A stretch of DNA of 61,838 nt, the filler included. It is 7 parts of 7 records of this genome, joined end to end, with 100 filler letters (N's around TTAATTAATTAA, not from the genome) between each part and the next. Parts side by side here need not be neighbours in the genome. Positions count along the whole stretch, not along the records: positions 1 to 16,287 come from SRR31147125_3726; positions 16,388 to 26,541 come from SRR31147125_3730; 5 more parts are not named here. One strand, written 5' to 3'. Position 1 is the first letter of the stretch; every line of letters begins with the position of its first letter. Under the pieces are notes generated by a model. That model saw only the letters and a program-made list of their open reading frames with translations, ran no database searches and was not told the origin of the DNA. Of this stretch, positions 10,300-20,163 are shown one piece after another. The translations under genes and the position numbers were made by a program.

Positions 10300-11487
10300 T
10301 TAATCTTTGGTTAAAATCCAAATATCAGATTCGTTATCGAAGCGACAGTTAGGTAAATCTATGTTATAAATATTTCTGTCAGTTTCGTTTAATGTCTTTT
10401 TATAGATATTTTTAAGCGGTAAAAGACCGCTGATTGAATCATATGTTGTGCAACATAATGCACCTGTCTTGCAGGCTATTTTGAGCGAATTATAAAGATC
10501 ATATCCCTCTAGCATGGCAGATAAAAAACCTGCGATTGTTGTATCACCGCCGGCTAGTGCGGATTTGAAGTTTTTGACGACATAAGTTTCTCTAAATACT
10601 TCTAAGTTAGCCCAAGAATCTACAGCCAGTGATCTGGATTGAGCAATCTGAGTCAGTTTTTCTTGTTTTCCGGATTTGAAATAAATGCCGTTTGAACCAC
10701 ATTTGATGAGTACCATTGCAGTGCCCATGTCTATGATTTTTTGTCCTAGTTCAGATATCTTTGCCATATCTAAATACTTGGTGAAATCATCATCTCCAGA
10801 AACTGACTTTATGCGGTCATATTCATCTTTATCTAGCATAAAGAGAGCTTCCTCAACGCTTGGTAAAAAGATATCGATATAAGGCAATGCTTTTTTAAGG
10901 ATAAGTTGCCAATTGACTTTGCCAGATTCACTTTCAGTATCGGGTAAACTCATATCAAGAGATGTTATGATACCTGTTTGCTTTGCTTTTTTAAATATTT
11001 GTAGTAGCTCTTCACCATCATTTTTATATACAGATTCCATAAGTGGTGGATATCCAAAATGGAATAGCTTCGCATTTTTTAATTTTTCAAAGTCGATATG
11101 CTGCGATGTAAAATGGTTATTTCCAGCAGGATCATGTAATATAATTCGGTCGATGCCTGGTATAGACAGCACAACAGAATACGATGTATTTACTTCGCTT
11201 ATTTTCCTTACGCTTGATGATGTTTCTTTATATATAATATCTGATAAGATGTGTCCAAATTCATCTTCGCCAATGTTTGCCATTGGAAAAACTTTAAGAC
11301 CTAATTTTCCAATTGCAAAACCAGTGTTGGCAACAGGTCCGCCTGCGCTGAAATCGACGCCGTCCATATTAATCAAGCGACCTGGGATAAAAACATCTTT
11401 AATATCTTGTTTGTCTTTTAAAGCAAACTTTGGAGACATATCTAAACAGATATGGCCAGCAGCAATCACATCATTTTCATACTTCAA
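10300..11487 (-). CDS. PfkB-family carbohydrate kinase
   Basis: AGHICLD, GGPVANTG, FHFGYP, SLDMS, FLPSVEE, KCG..G, 'ALAGGDTTIAGF' anion-hole motif; TTG start with GAAAGG RBS. Confidence 0.88.
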   Translation of the reverse strand: MKYENDVIAAGHICLDMSPKFALKDKQDIKDVFIPGRLINMDGVDFSAGGPVANTGFAIGKLGLKVFPMANIGEDEFGHILSDIIYKETSSSVRKISEVNTSYSVVLSIPGIDRIILHDPAGNNHFTSQHIDFEKLKNAKLFHFGYPPLMESVYKNDGEELLQIFKKAKQTGIITSLDMSLPDTESESGKVNWQLILKKALPYIDIFLPSVEEALFMLDKDEYDRIKSVSGDDDFTKYLDMAKISELGQKIIDMGTAMVLIKCGSNGIYFKSGKQEKLTQIAQSRSLAVDSWANLEVFRETYVVKNFKSALAGGDTTIAGFLSAMLEGYDLYNSLKIACKTGALCCTTYDSISGLLPLKNIYKKTLNETDRNIYNIDLPNCRFDNESDIWILTKD

Positions 11488-11526
11488 AATATTGTATTTC
11501 CTTTCGGTTTGTTAGTTTTATTAAAA

Positions 11527-11550
11527 AGTTAATTAAAACATTTAATAAAG
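11527..11550. promoter_or_regulatory. Putative ROK-repressor operator 1 (divergent kinase/mutarotase region)
   Basis: AGTTAATTAAAacATTTAATAAAG; near-palindrome TTAATTAAA-N3-TTTAATAAA; 22/24 identical to the copy at 12767. Confidence 0.7.
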
Positions 11551-11676
11551 CACTCTATTAATTTATCAAAAATCTTTAAATTTTGCAAATTTATTTATTT
11601 TTAAATTTCAATATGCTATACTTCGGCTATACTTGATAATTTATTTTATGTGGATATAGATAAAAAAGGAGAAAAA

Positions 11677-12651
11677 ATGGTTTATGAATTGAAGAAAAAA
11701 GAAGATAGAATTATTGTTGACGAAAATTGTGCGATGGTTACGGCGAAATTTATGATGGATGGAAAAATTGTTGAGCCGTTATATATTCATCCTTGGGACG
11801 AAAGTGAAGTTGAAAGCGGTATGCTTAAATATTTAAAGGGTGATTTTGTATGTGTGCCTTTTGGTATTGCACCTTCCGAAAAGATTGAGGGTTATACTGC
11901 TGAAAAAATAGATGCAGTCGAGTATGCACACGGATTTTCTTCTAACGGTGCTTGGAATACTTGCGAAAAACATGAGGATAGGGCAGTGCTGGATATTGAA
12001 TATGTAGATCATCCATATATTAAAAAGATGATTCGAAAGATTGGTTTTTTAGAAGATAAGCTAGGGATGAGTCTTGAAAATAAAGTTTTGGTTCATAAAG
12101 ATTTTAGAACAGCAGTAGGCTGTCACCCGATATTTAAGCTGAACGAAGCGCCTAAAAGCATGAGTCTGATATTGCCAGAGGTTGAGTTTCTTGCAACTTA
12201 TCCAAAAAAATGTGAAAAGACTTCTATAACTAAGCATGGTGAATTTTTTGATGATATAACTAAAGTTCCGTTACTGGATGGGACAGTAGAGGATTTTTCG
12301 TTGTTGCCGTTAGATTATCATACAGAAGAGATTATTATGTTGTGCGGAGTTAAAGAAGGAAAAGTTCGATTGGAAAACAAGCAAGAGGGTTATGCAGTTA
12401 TTTTAGAATTTGATAAAACAGTTTTTAAAAACTGCTTACTTTGGTTTAGTAATAAGGGCCGAGATTATGCACCGTGGAATGGAAGGAATCTATGCTTAGG
12501 AATAGAGCCGATCACTGCACCGTTTGATTTTGGACATGATATTGCAGTGAGTGAGAACGAACTTTTGAAAAGAAAAGTCGAAACAAATATAAAAATTGAT
12601 AAGGATACGGGGTTGGATTTGGACTATTGTATCTATATCGAAAAACTATAA
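11677..12651 (+). CDS. Galactose mutarotase/aldose-epimerase-like protein of unknown specificity
   Basis: 'LKGDFVCVPFG', 'AHG', 'GCHPIF', 'LLWFSNKGR..PWNGR..LGIEP' motifs; AAAGGAG RBS before ATG 11677. Confidence 0.6.
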   Translation: MVYELKKKEDRIIVDENCAMVTAKFMMDGKIVEPLYIHPWDESEVESGMLKYLKGDFVCVPFGIAPSEKIEGYTAEKIDAVEYAHGFSSNGAWNTCEKHEDRAVLDIEYVDHPYIKKMIRKIGFLEDKLGMSLENKVLVHKDFRTAVGCHPIFKLNEAPKSMSLILPEVEFLATYPKKCEKTSITKHGEFFDDITKVPLLDGTVEDFSLLPLDYHTEEIIMLCGVKEGKVRLENKQEGYAVILEFDKTVFKNCLLWFSNKGRDYAPWNGRNLCLGIEPITAPFDFGHDIAVSENELLKRKVETNIKIDKDTGLDLDYCIYIEKL

Positions 12652-12757
12652 AATTTAACAAAAAAGAATAGCAAAATTAACAAGTGATAAAAAACTTTTA
12701 AAAATATTAAGAGTTTTTTATTTTTTTATTTCGAAAATAAGTAAATAAAAAAACCAT

Positions 12758-12790
12758 TTGACAAATAGTTAATTAAATGATTTAATAAAG
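12758..12790 (+). promoter_or_regulatory. SigmaA promoter overlapped by ROK operator 2 (12767-12790)
   Basis: TTGACA-N17-TTTAAT with extended TG; operator AGTTAATTAAAtgATTTAATAAAG covers the spacer and -10. Confidence 0.75.
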
Positions 12791-12833
12791 TATATTATTA
12801 ATGAAGTGTGAACATAACTGAGGAGAATGATTT

Positions 12834-13895
12834 ATGAAAGAGATGACTGGATTAGAAAGATGTTTAGCAGTAATGAATGGTGAAGTTGCTGACAGGATTC
12901 CTGTAATTCCTCAAGCGTTTATGTTTGCAGCAAATACAGCTGGTTACGATATAGCAGTGATTTGTAAAGATGCAAAGAAGCTTGCGGAATCTCATGTTGT
13001 ATGCCAAAGCAAATATGGATATGACGGTTGTGTCATTGATGTTGACGATGCAACGCTTGCAGAAGCATGTGGCGCTAAAACGATATATAGGGATAAAGGT
13101 GTTGCTTCTACAGATGAACATAATCCGCTTTTATCGGATGTTAGAGATTTAGATAAACTGACTATGCCAGACCCTCAAAAGCACGGAAGATTACCGATGT
13201 GGCTTGAAATTACAGAGCGATTAAAATCTGAAATTGGTGACCATGTATTTATATTAGGAAGAGCAGACCAAGGACCATTTGATTTAGCATGTTTGTTGCG
13301 TGGTACACAGAATTTTATGATGGACTTGATTATGGCGGATCCAAACGATATCAATGCTCTGTTGGATTGGTGTACACAAGCGCATATTCGATTCGCAAAT
13401 GCGCAGATTGATGCGGGTGCACATTTGACATCGATGGGTGATTCTTATGCTGGACCAAACTTGGTTTCGCCAGATACATATAGAAAATTTGCCTTAGAAA
13501 ATGAAATTAAAGTTGTAAACGCTGTAAAAGAACATGGCGGTAAGTATGCAGTTCATATTTGTGGAGATACATCAAAAATTATTGAAGATATGGCAAAAAC
13601 AAAAGCAAATGTAATAGAAGTTGACTGGCAAGTGGACATGGGTTATGCAAGAGAGATGTTTGATGATGACATTGTACTAATGGGTAATATTGACCCAAGT
13701 GATCCCCTTGTATTTGGAACACCAGAGCAAGTAGATGAGCAGGCGAAAAAAATTATTGAGATAACAAAGGGAAAAGGTTTGTTTTTAAGTTCTGGTTGCG
13801 CAATGGGTGCTAATACAAAGCCTGAAAACATGAGAGCTATGGTAGAGGCTGCAAAGAAATATGGAACATATGAACAGGTAATGGCATTAAAATAA
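12834..13895 (+). CDS. Uroporphyrinogen decarboxylase superfamily protein, MtaA/CmuA methyltransferase-like
   Basis: 'ER......G..DRIPV.P', GPF..A..LRG...FMMDL, Zn-ligand HICG and SSGC, MGNIDP. Confidence 0.85.
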   Translation: MKEMTGLERCLAVMNGEVADRIPVIPQAFMFAANTAGYDIAVICKDAKKLAESHVVCQSKYGYDGCVIDVDDATLAEACGAKTIYRDKGVASTDEHNPLLSDVRDLDKLTMPDPQKHGRLPMWLEITERLKSEIGDHVFILGRADQGPFDLACLLRGTQNFMMDLIMADPNDINALLDWCTQAHIRFANAQIDAGAHLTSMGDSYAGPNLVSPDTYRKFALENEIKVVNAVKEHGGKYAVHICGDTSKIIEDMAKTKANVIEVDWQVDMGYAREMFDDDIVLMGNIDPSDPLVFGTPEQVDEQAKKIIEITKGKGLFLSSGCAMGANTKPENMRAMVEAAKKYGTYEQVMALK

Positions 13896-13918
13896 TTAAC
13901 AAAGGATAGAGGGAAGTC

Positions 13919-15083
13919 ATGCAAAAAAAGAACATAAACAGTATAAAAATGCGTGCAATGAATTTGAATCTTGTTCTTGATGCAATCAGAGTACATCAAA
14001 GTATATCTAGAACGGATTTAGCAAAAGTTGTTGGTTTAACTACAGCGACAATTACTAACCTGATTTCTATAGCGATTGAAGAAGGTTATGTTATAGAATC
14101 AGGAGTTGGAGATTCTCAAGGGGGAGAAGACCAAAAGTATTGGAGCTAAATAGTTGTGCTGGTTTTGCAATAGGTGTAGAGATTAACACTGAAGAGCTAA
14201 TATTTGTATTGACTGATTTTAAAGCGAACATTATAGATAGAAAATGCATTGACATTGATCGCGAGGATGATTCTGATATTGTTATTCGTACTATAGTTGA
14301 TGCAATAGAGATGCTTCTGGTGAATAATGGGATTGAGAAATCGAAAGTAATTGGCGTTGGGATTGCAGCGCCGGGACCTTTAGACATTAAAAAAGGTGTG
14401 ATTATTAATCCGCCTAACTTTCCGAAATGGAAAAATGCAAGAATAACTAAAATAATTGAAGAGGAAACTAACATTCCTACTCTTCTAGAAAAAGAGACAT
14501 CAGCATTGGCACTTTGTGAAAGTTGGTTGGATATTGAAAAAAATATAATACTGTACTTGCAATAACTATTTATATGACCGGAATTGGTGGCGGTTTATCG
14601 GTTGGCAGCAATTTATATCACGGTCATAAAGATGCGGGTATGGAAATTGGGCATATGATGGTGGATCTTTCAGGAGAAGAGTGTCGATGCGGTAAAACAG
14701 GATGCTTTGAAAAGATGGCAGATGGTACTGCGGCGATGCGATATTACAAGGGAATAACTGGAAAAGATATTTCGTTCGAACAGCTTATGCTTGGTGCAGA
14801 TAATGGGGATGCGGATTGTATAGCAGCAGTTACACAGTGTGCTGTTTACGTTGGAGAAGCAGTTGCTAGCTTGATTGCAATATTAGCACCAGATGTGATT
14901 TATATAGGTGGTGAGTTTGTAAATCGGTGTGATTTTTTATTTAAAGAATGTGTTAAGAGAACTGAGGAACACACATATCCGTATACGGATATAGAAATTG
15001 ATATAAAGAAACCTAGCTTTGGTAAGTTTGGCTGTGCACTTGGTGCAGTTGCAAAAGTATTAAATAAAAACTTACAAGTATAA
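13919..15083 (+). CDS. ROK-family transcriptional repressor; split by two frameshifts (~14120, ~14545)
   Basis: N-terminal wHTH 'ISRTDLAKVVGLTTATIT', GVGIAAPGP, GIGGG, EIGH..CRCGKTGCFE ROK signature across three ORFs. Confidence 0.88.
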
Positions 15084-15152
15084 GAAATGATTTAGGCTTT
15101 ACCCAAATAATTTATGGGTAGATATTATAAAAGAATCCTGAGGAGGAGAAAA

Positions 15153-16205
15153 ATGAAAAAAATTTTGGTAGTGTTACTTGTATTGGCTATGATGTTTACA
15201 CTTGTTGCTTGTGCAAAAGAGGAACCAATGGTTGAAGAAGAAACTGAAGCAGCAGAAGAAGCGGCAGAAGAAGTTGCGCAAGAGCCTGCAGAAGAAGCTG
15301 TTGAAGATATTAAGGTTGCGGGAGTTGTTTTCCAAGACGACCAATTCATGAACATGCTAACAAAAGGTTATGTTGATGCAGCTGCTGATCAAGGTGTAGA
15401 ATGCATGACTGCTAATACAGCAAATGACCAAGCTAAAGAAGTTGAATTAATCAACACATATGTAGCTCAAGGTGTTGACGGTATTGCCATTGCTCCATTG
15501 AGTTCTGAATCTTCAGTTGCAGCACTTAGAGATGCTAATGCTCTAGGTATGGAAGTTGCAATCACAAATATCAATCTAACAAATGCTGATTTCATAGCTG
15601 GCGGATACACTTCTGACGACTATACAAACTGTAAGGCTGTTGGTGATGTTGCTGCTCCTATTATTAAAGAAAGATTTGGTGATGAAACAGTTAAAGTGGC
15701 TCTAGTTCAATTTGCATCGTTATTACCAGAGATTTCTCAAGCACGTGTTGATGGATATCTTGCTGGTTTAGATGAAATTGGTGTTAAATATGAAATCGTT
15801 GCTAACCAAGACGCTTGGATGCAAGATACTGCTATCGAAACAGCTGGTGGAATTCTTTCTGCTAACCCAGACCTAGATGTTATTATCACAGTTAATGACG
15901 GTGGTACAATCGGTTCTGTTCAAGCTGTAGTTAATGCAGGACTATCAGAACAAGTTATGGTTTTTGGTCATGATGGATCAGATCAAATTTCAGCAATGAT
16001 TCTTGACGAAACTAGCCCACTTCAATGTGTTATCGCTCAAGACCCATATAACCAAGGATACAATGCTATGACTGACTTAATTAAAGCTATCCGTGGTGAA
16101 GAAACTGGTTCTGAAGGTAAATGTAATTTCCTAGCTGGTATCGTTCTTTCTAAGACTGACATAGATGGCGTAAATGCTTGGAGAGCTGACCAAGGACTAG
16201 AATAG
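15153..16205 (+). CDS. Sugar ABC transporter substrate-binding lipoprotein (RbsB/Peripla_BP type)
   Basis: Lipobox LVAC, acidic linker, GVDGIAIAP, R.DGY, VNDGG..G, GHDG, AQDPY.QG; GAGGAG RBS. Confidence 0.88.
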   Translation: MKKILVVLLVLAMMFTLVACAKEEPMVEEETEAAEEAAEEVAQEPAEEAVEDIKVAGVVFQDDQFMNMLTKGYVDAAADQGVECMTANTANDQAKEVELINTYVAQGVDGIAIAPLSSESSVAALRDANALGMEVAITNINLTNADFIAGGYTSDDYTNCKAVGDVAAPIIKERFGDETVKVALVQFASLLPEISQARVDGYLAGLDEIGVKYEIVANQDAWMQDTAIETAGGILSANPDLDVIITVNDGGTIGSVQAVVNAGLSEQVMVFGHDGSDQISAMILDETSPLQCVIAQDPYNQGYNAMTDLIKAIRGEETGSEGKCNFLAGIVLSKTDIDGVNAWRADQGLE

Positions 16206-16228
16206 TTCCTTAAAATGTTTATAATGTG

Positions 16229-16287
16229 TTGGGGAGATCAGATACTATAAGATCTTCCCAATCTTTGATGACTTCAAAGTCTTTTTT
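16229..16287 (+). terminator. Stem-loops after the binding-protein gene
   Basis: TTGGGGAGATC/GATCTTCCCAA stem, then CTTTGA/TCAAAG stem plus T run. Confidence 0.5.
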
Positions 16288-16387
16288 NNNNNNNNNNNNN
16301 NNNNNNNNNNNNNNNNNNNNNNNNNNNNNNNTTAATTAATTAANNNNNNNNNNNNNNNNNNNNNNNNNNNNNNNNNNNNNNNNNNNN
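16288..16387. other. Artificial contig spacer
   Basis: N run with TTAATTAATTAA all-frame stop linker. Confidence 0.98.
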
Positions 16388-16632
16388 TCGATATTTGTAT
16401 ATTATATTACGATTGTGAACTAGATGTGTCAAAAATGTTAAAAAGAAATGAAATATAATTGTAACAATTGCGAAACATATGGTAATACATTTAAACAATA
16501 ATGTAATTATAACATAATATTGTTCAGATTACTGGAAGCAGAAATAATAGAATGGATGAAAATGCAAGAATTTCTTGCAAGTATATTTGAGAAACTGATA
16601 TAATAATCTAAAATAAAAATGAAGGATTTTTA

Positions 16633-18126
16633 ATGAAAAAACTCACATTTGTTACAATTTGTATTCTCGTAATATTTCTATCGGGGTGTAAACATGATAA
16701 CAGCACACATATTCATAATAGAGATAATTACAAAATATATGATGAAAATAATACTTCTATAGGAGATCCATTAATGTCATTAAAGAGGGCTGCTGTACAT
16801 GCCTCTATTAGCGATGCTAAAGTTATCGGATATAGCAAGGCCATACTTTGCGGAGTGATGGAAGATGAGCAAATAGAAAATCAAGGCTTTATTATTTATA
16901 ATAGCAAAGGGGAAATTATTGATACAGTTGAAGGAACTCTTTTCGAGAATGAATATTATATCAAGTTAACTCAACTAAATCAAGATAGTGAATATAAAAT
17001 AAGGATGTATGGGTATATTGATGATGAGCGTGTATTATCATCTGATACTATAATGTTTACTACACCTAAGGTAATCTATGAAAAGAAAGATATTGTTAAT
17101 ATACTTGAAGAGCAGATAAATACAAAAGAATTTACTGAGAAAAGGAATCTTTCTGTTTTAAGTGATGAACAAACAAATATATTAACGATTCAACAGTTTA
17201 TGAAACTTCTTAATCTGCAGTATGGAAAAGAAGGGAAATATAATTTAGAACTACAGCTAAATCAGCTTAGATTGGAGTATTCTTTCAATAGCTACGGCAG
17301 GTATGTATACTGGGATAATGTGGACGGAGTTCCAGACAGTGATGTTTATGATATTGTAGTTGAAATATTACAGACCAAAGAAAACTATAATCAAGAAGAT
17401 TTTATATATGAATTCATCCCTGCGCCTCATGCATTGGTGGAATATAATTTGTATAACGAAAATGGTGGACAGATGGATTCAGAAAGTTATATTTATGATA
17501 TGTTACTTTTAGATGATGAGGCTTACAAGTCATATCAGAAGTATCCTTTTATTTATGATACGGATGAATTTAAGCAAAAGTATGCAGAATTGGTGGAGAA
17601 AAATGAAAACGGTGAATACAAAGGCTATCAGATAGAGTATTCTATTGCTAAAAACAAGGCGGTATTTGCTCTAAAGAATGATGATTGGCTAAGAGAGGTA
17701 GCATCACCTCTGGATAGAACTATTTTAATTGCAGAAGAAAACCAAAGGTTTGACGCTATATTAATTGTACAAGCTGCTGTTGCATACAGTTATCTTTATA
17801 TGGAGATGCCAACGGATGAAGAGCTTGAAGAATTATCTATCCAATGCGGATACAGAAGCTATGATGTTCAGCGAACACTGTATAGCAAAAAGACCAGCTT
17901 TGCTAAAGTAGTTAATGAAAATTCTGGAGCGTGGCATTGTGGCAGACAAGTACAATCTTACGTTCCGGGGTTTTCTAATCACCAGTATGCAATAGCTATG
18001 GATGTATGTAATATATTCATATTCAGAAGTTATAATCTATATCCCTATTTCCAAGAAAATGCACAAAAGTACGGTTTCTATAATTATTATGTTGAACCGT
18101 GGCACTGGGTTTACCTAGGAGAATAA
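16633..18126 (+). CDS. Lipoprotein with C-terminal VanY/M15B D-Ala-D-Ala carboxypeptidase domain
   Basis: Lipobox LSGC; GYRSY..Q..LY, PGFSNHQYAIAMD (SxHxxxxAxD), EPWH. Confidence 0.78.
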   Translation: MKKLTFVTICILVIFLSGCKHDNSTHIHNRDNYKIYDENNTSIGDPLMSLKRAAVHASISDAKVIGYSKAILCGVMEDEQIENQGFIIYNSKGEIIDTVEGTLFENEYYIKLTQLNQDSEYKIRMYGYIDDERVLSSDTIMFTTPKVIYEKKDIVNILEEQINTKEFTEKRNLSVLSDEQTNILTIQQFMKLLNLQYGKEGKYNLELQLNQLRLEYSFNSYGRYVYWDNVDGVPDSDVYDIVVEILQTKENYNQEDFIYEFIPAPHALVEYNLYNENGGQMDSESYIYDMLLLDDEAYKSYQKYPFIYDTDEFKQKYAELVEKNENGEYKGYQIEYSIAKNKAVFALKNDDWLREVASPLDRTILIAEENQRFDAILIVQAAVAYSYLYMEMPTDEELEELSIQCGYRSYDVQRTLYSKKTSFAKVVNENSGAWHCGRQVQSYVPGFSNHQYAIAMDVCNIFIFRSYNLYPYFQENAQKYGFYNYYVEPWHWVYLGE

Positions 18127-18282
18127 ATGTTATTAGTAATTTGGAAAAATTATATTGTTTTATGAATTTATAATATGTGATATAATGTTACGCTGAAGGC
18201 ATGCTTAAGCAATAAAGATACAAATAGAAGTAAATTTTTAAGTTGCCTTTGGTATCTCCTAAAAGGAGACAGTTAGAAAGGT

Positions 18283-19179
18283 ATGTATACAAAAATGGAA
18301 AATCAGAATAACAATTCAAATTCTATATTACCAAAATCAGGTATTATAATAGCTGTAATAATAATTGCTAGCATAGTGTTGTTTACAAAACTAAATAGTA
18401 TTGAACAGAAACTAAATCAATTAAATAACACAGTACAAAGCAATAACTACTCAGATGTAGACTATTCTTATATAAAAGACATAGTTGCAGAGGAGCTTGA
18501 AAACCAAACATATTTAAATATACAAACTGAGTGGGATAGTGAATATAAAGACAAAAAGATACATCTTAATTGTAGTGTAATACTAAGTCAAGCTAAAGCA
18601 GATGACGTAATAACATTTTTCTACAAAAACTATGACGACACTATTTATAAATCTACAGTCTTAACTAAAGGTGAGGGACTTAGATATAGCGGCAGCATTA
18701 CACTCGAATTATTTAAAGAATATGAGTACTATGTTATTTTAGAAGGCGAAATTATTCAATCATCAAAAGTTGCATCTATACCATGGGAATATTATTTAAT
18801 TGAACCTATCAGTTTTGGTTCTGAAGTAGGGACGAAAAACAACAAAGATGAAAGTGTTATTATTCACGTTTATGATTTCTTAACTGAAAAGACTCTTATT
18901 AAAGGAATTTCTGTAGAGTTACTTAGAATTGATTTATATTCAAATGATCAAGTTATAGATAGCCAGATAATTAAAGATGAACAAGATAGAGACTCAGTTG
19001 AAATATTATTTAATGACTATGAAGAGACTATTGAAAAAATAGTTATGGTTACAATCTTAACTGATGGATTAGAACTGGAACATGTGGTCTACGCTTATTC
19101 TGGTGAAATAGAAATTGAAGAAGAAAAAGGGGATAAAATATTTATAGCAGATAAGCGGCGCTGTCAGTATTTTATATAA
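18283..19179 (+). CDS. Hypothetical membrane-anchored protein
   Basis: Long ORF with GAAAGG RBS, one N-terminal TM segment, then a coiled coil. Confidence 0.65.
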   Translation: MYTKMENQNNNSNSILPKSGIIIAVIIIASIVLFTKLNSIEQKLNQLNNTVQSNNYSDVDYSYIKDIVAEELENQTYLNIQTEWDSEYKDKKIHLNCSVILSQAKADDVITFFYKNYDDTIYKSTVLTKGEGLRYSGSITLELFKEYEYYVILEGEIIQSSKVASIPWEYYLIEPISFGSEVGTKNNKDESVIIHVYDFLTEKTLIKGISVELLRIDLYSNDQVIDSQIIKDEQDRDSVEILFNDYEETIEKIVMVTILTDGLELEHVVYAYSGEIEIEEEKGDKIFIADKRRCQYFI

Positions 19180-19230
19180 AGCCATCACAAAGTGTAGCTA
19201 TAATTCACAATTCTCAAATAAATAACAGTG

Positions 19231-19268
19231 GGGTGCCCTAGATTGTTGTTAAACAATTTAGGGCACCC
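19231..19268. terminator. Stem-loop between convergent genes
   Basis: GGGTGCCCTAGATTGTT / AACAATTTAGGGCACCC 17-bp stem. Confidence 0.75.
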
Positions 19269-19291
19269 TCTTGGCAGTAAAATATAAGACC

Positions 19292-19498
19292 TTAGTCATG
19301 CTCCTGTGTGACTCTATATAGCTTTGCCATTAAAGATATACACCAAATACCAGCCGCACCTACAAGAATATAAACAATTCTAGCAAGGAGTGTAGTATAG
19401 CCGCCGAAAATTGCTGCAACCAAATCGAATTTAAATAGTCCAACTAAAAGCCAGTTTAAAGCTCCGATTATAACTATTCCTAATGCAAATTTATCCAT
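19292..19498 (-). CDS. DUF378 (YuzA-like) small membrane protein
   Basis: 'IIGALNWLLVGLFKFDLVAAIFG....ARIVYILVG' signature. Confidence 0.9.
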   Translation of the reverse strand: MDKFALGIVIIGALNWLLVGLFKFDLVAAIFGGYTTLLARIVYILVGAAGIWCISLMAKLYRVTQEHD

Positions 19499-19574
19499 TA
19501 CGTATTCTTCCTTTACTAAAAATTAGAGCATTTTAAATGTATTATTAAACGATTTTAAAAGCTCTGTTAATAAA

Positions 19575-19603
19575 AGTGTGTCCAATATTTAATGATAATA
19601 TTC
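19575..19603 (-). promoter_or_regulatory. Candidate forespore sigmaF/sigmaG promoter for the DUF378 gene
   Basis: Minus strand reads GAATA-N15-GGACACACT, close to GYATA-N15-GGnnAnAHT. Confidence 0.55.
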
Positions 19604-19651
19604 ATTTGAAAATGTTATTAACCTGGATATATGCAAGTATTAAATTTAATA

Positions 19652-20008
19652 TTATTCTTTTGATAAATTACTTCCTATGTTTTGAAGAGTAGATATCATA
19701 TCGTTTTCAAGTTTATACCAGGTTTGAACAGTATTCTCAAGTAGATAGTAGTGTAGAATATAAAATACATCAACAATTAAAATTATGGCTAAAAGAGATA
19801 ATGTTAAAAAAGAAATCATTAAAAAAAATAAAACTACAGAACATACAAGTAAAAAGGTGAATAAACACATTACTATTAAATGAATGAGCCTTTCGTGCTG
19901 AATGTTTGAAATTTGCAATCGGTGATAGCTAAGCAAATCATTAGTAATATTATTTGCATTTATTTGCTCAAGGATATATTTGGTATGGGTTTTTACGTAT
20001 TTAGTCAT
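19652..20008 (-). CDS. Conserved hypothetical membrane protein
   Basis: Two TM helices, 'QHERLIHLIV' and 'HYYLLENTVQ' motifs; GAGGTG RBS. Confidence 0.7.
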   Translation of the reverse strand: MTKYVKTHTKYILEQINANNITNDLLSYHRLQISNIQHERLIHLIVMCLFTFLLVCSVVLFFLMISFLTLSLLAIILIVDVFYILHYYLLENTVQTWYKLENDMISTLQNIGSNLSKE

Positions 20009-20163
20009 AATACACCTCTTTTTAAATGGTATGTTTATATACTAACAAAAGAGTTGTTACATGTAAAGAATGTGTAAGGTAGATACCTTATACATTGCTG
20101 ATTTTTACAATTTATGATATTTTATATATAGTATTTATAATTAAAGATAAGGTAAAATTTTAG

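Noticed and set aside
10913-11515. Long antisense ORFs (also 36053-37039, 35381-35890 and the many short ones in the track)
   Set aside because: They are shadows of well-supported genes on the other strand, with no recognisable motifs
12834-13895. True hemE
   Set aside because: Lacks the MRQAGR motif, has HICG/GC Zn ligands, and lies in a sugar locus
4490-14574. Programmed frameshifting or phase variation in the GT, epimerase, eam and ROK genes
   Set aside because: Similar indels occur in nearly every contig, including housekeeping-type genes, mostly in short homopolymers; sequencing error is simpler
15220-15305. GCAGAAGAA-type repeats
   Set aside because: They encode an ordinary Glu/Ala linker after the lipobox
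16633-18126. Vancomycin-resistance gene
   Set aside because: No vanHAX or vanRS nearby; M15B peptidases are common cell-wall enzymes
18190-18270. Possible riboswitch leader (TGAAGGCA...TGCCTTTG pairing)
   Set aside because: One short stem only, with no aptamer consensus I can recognise
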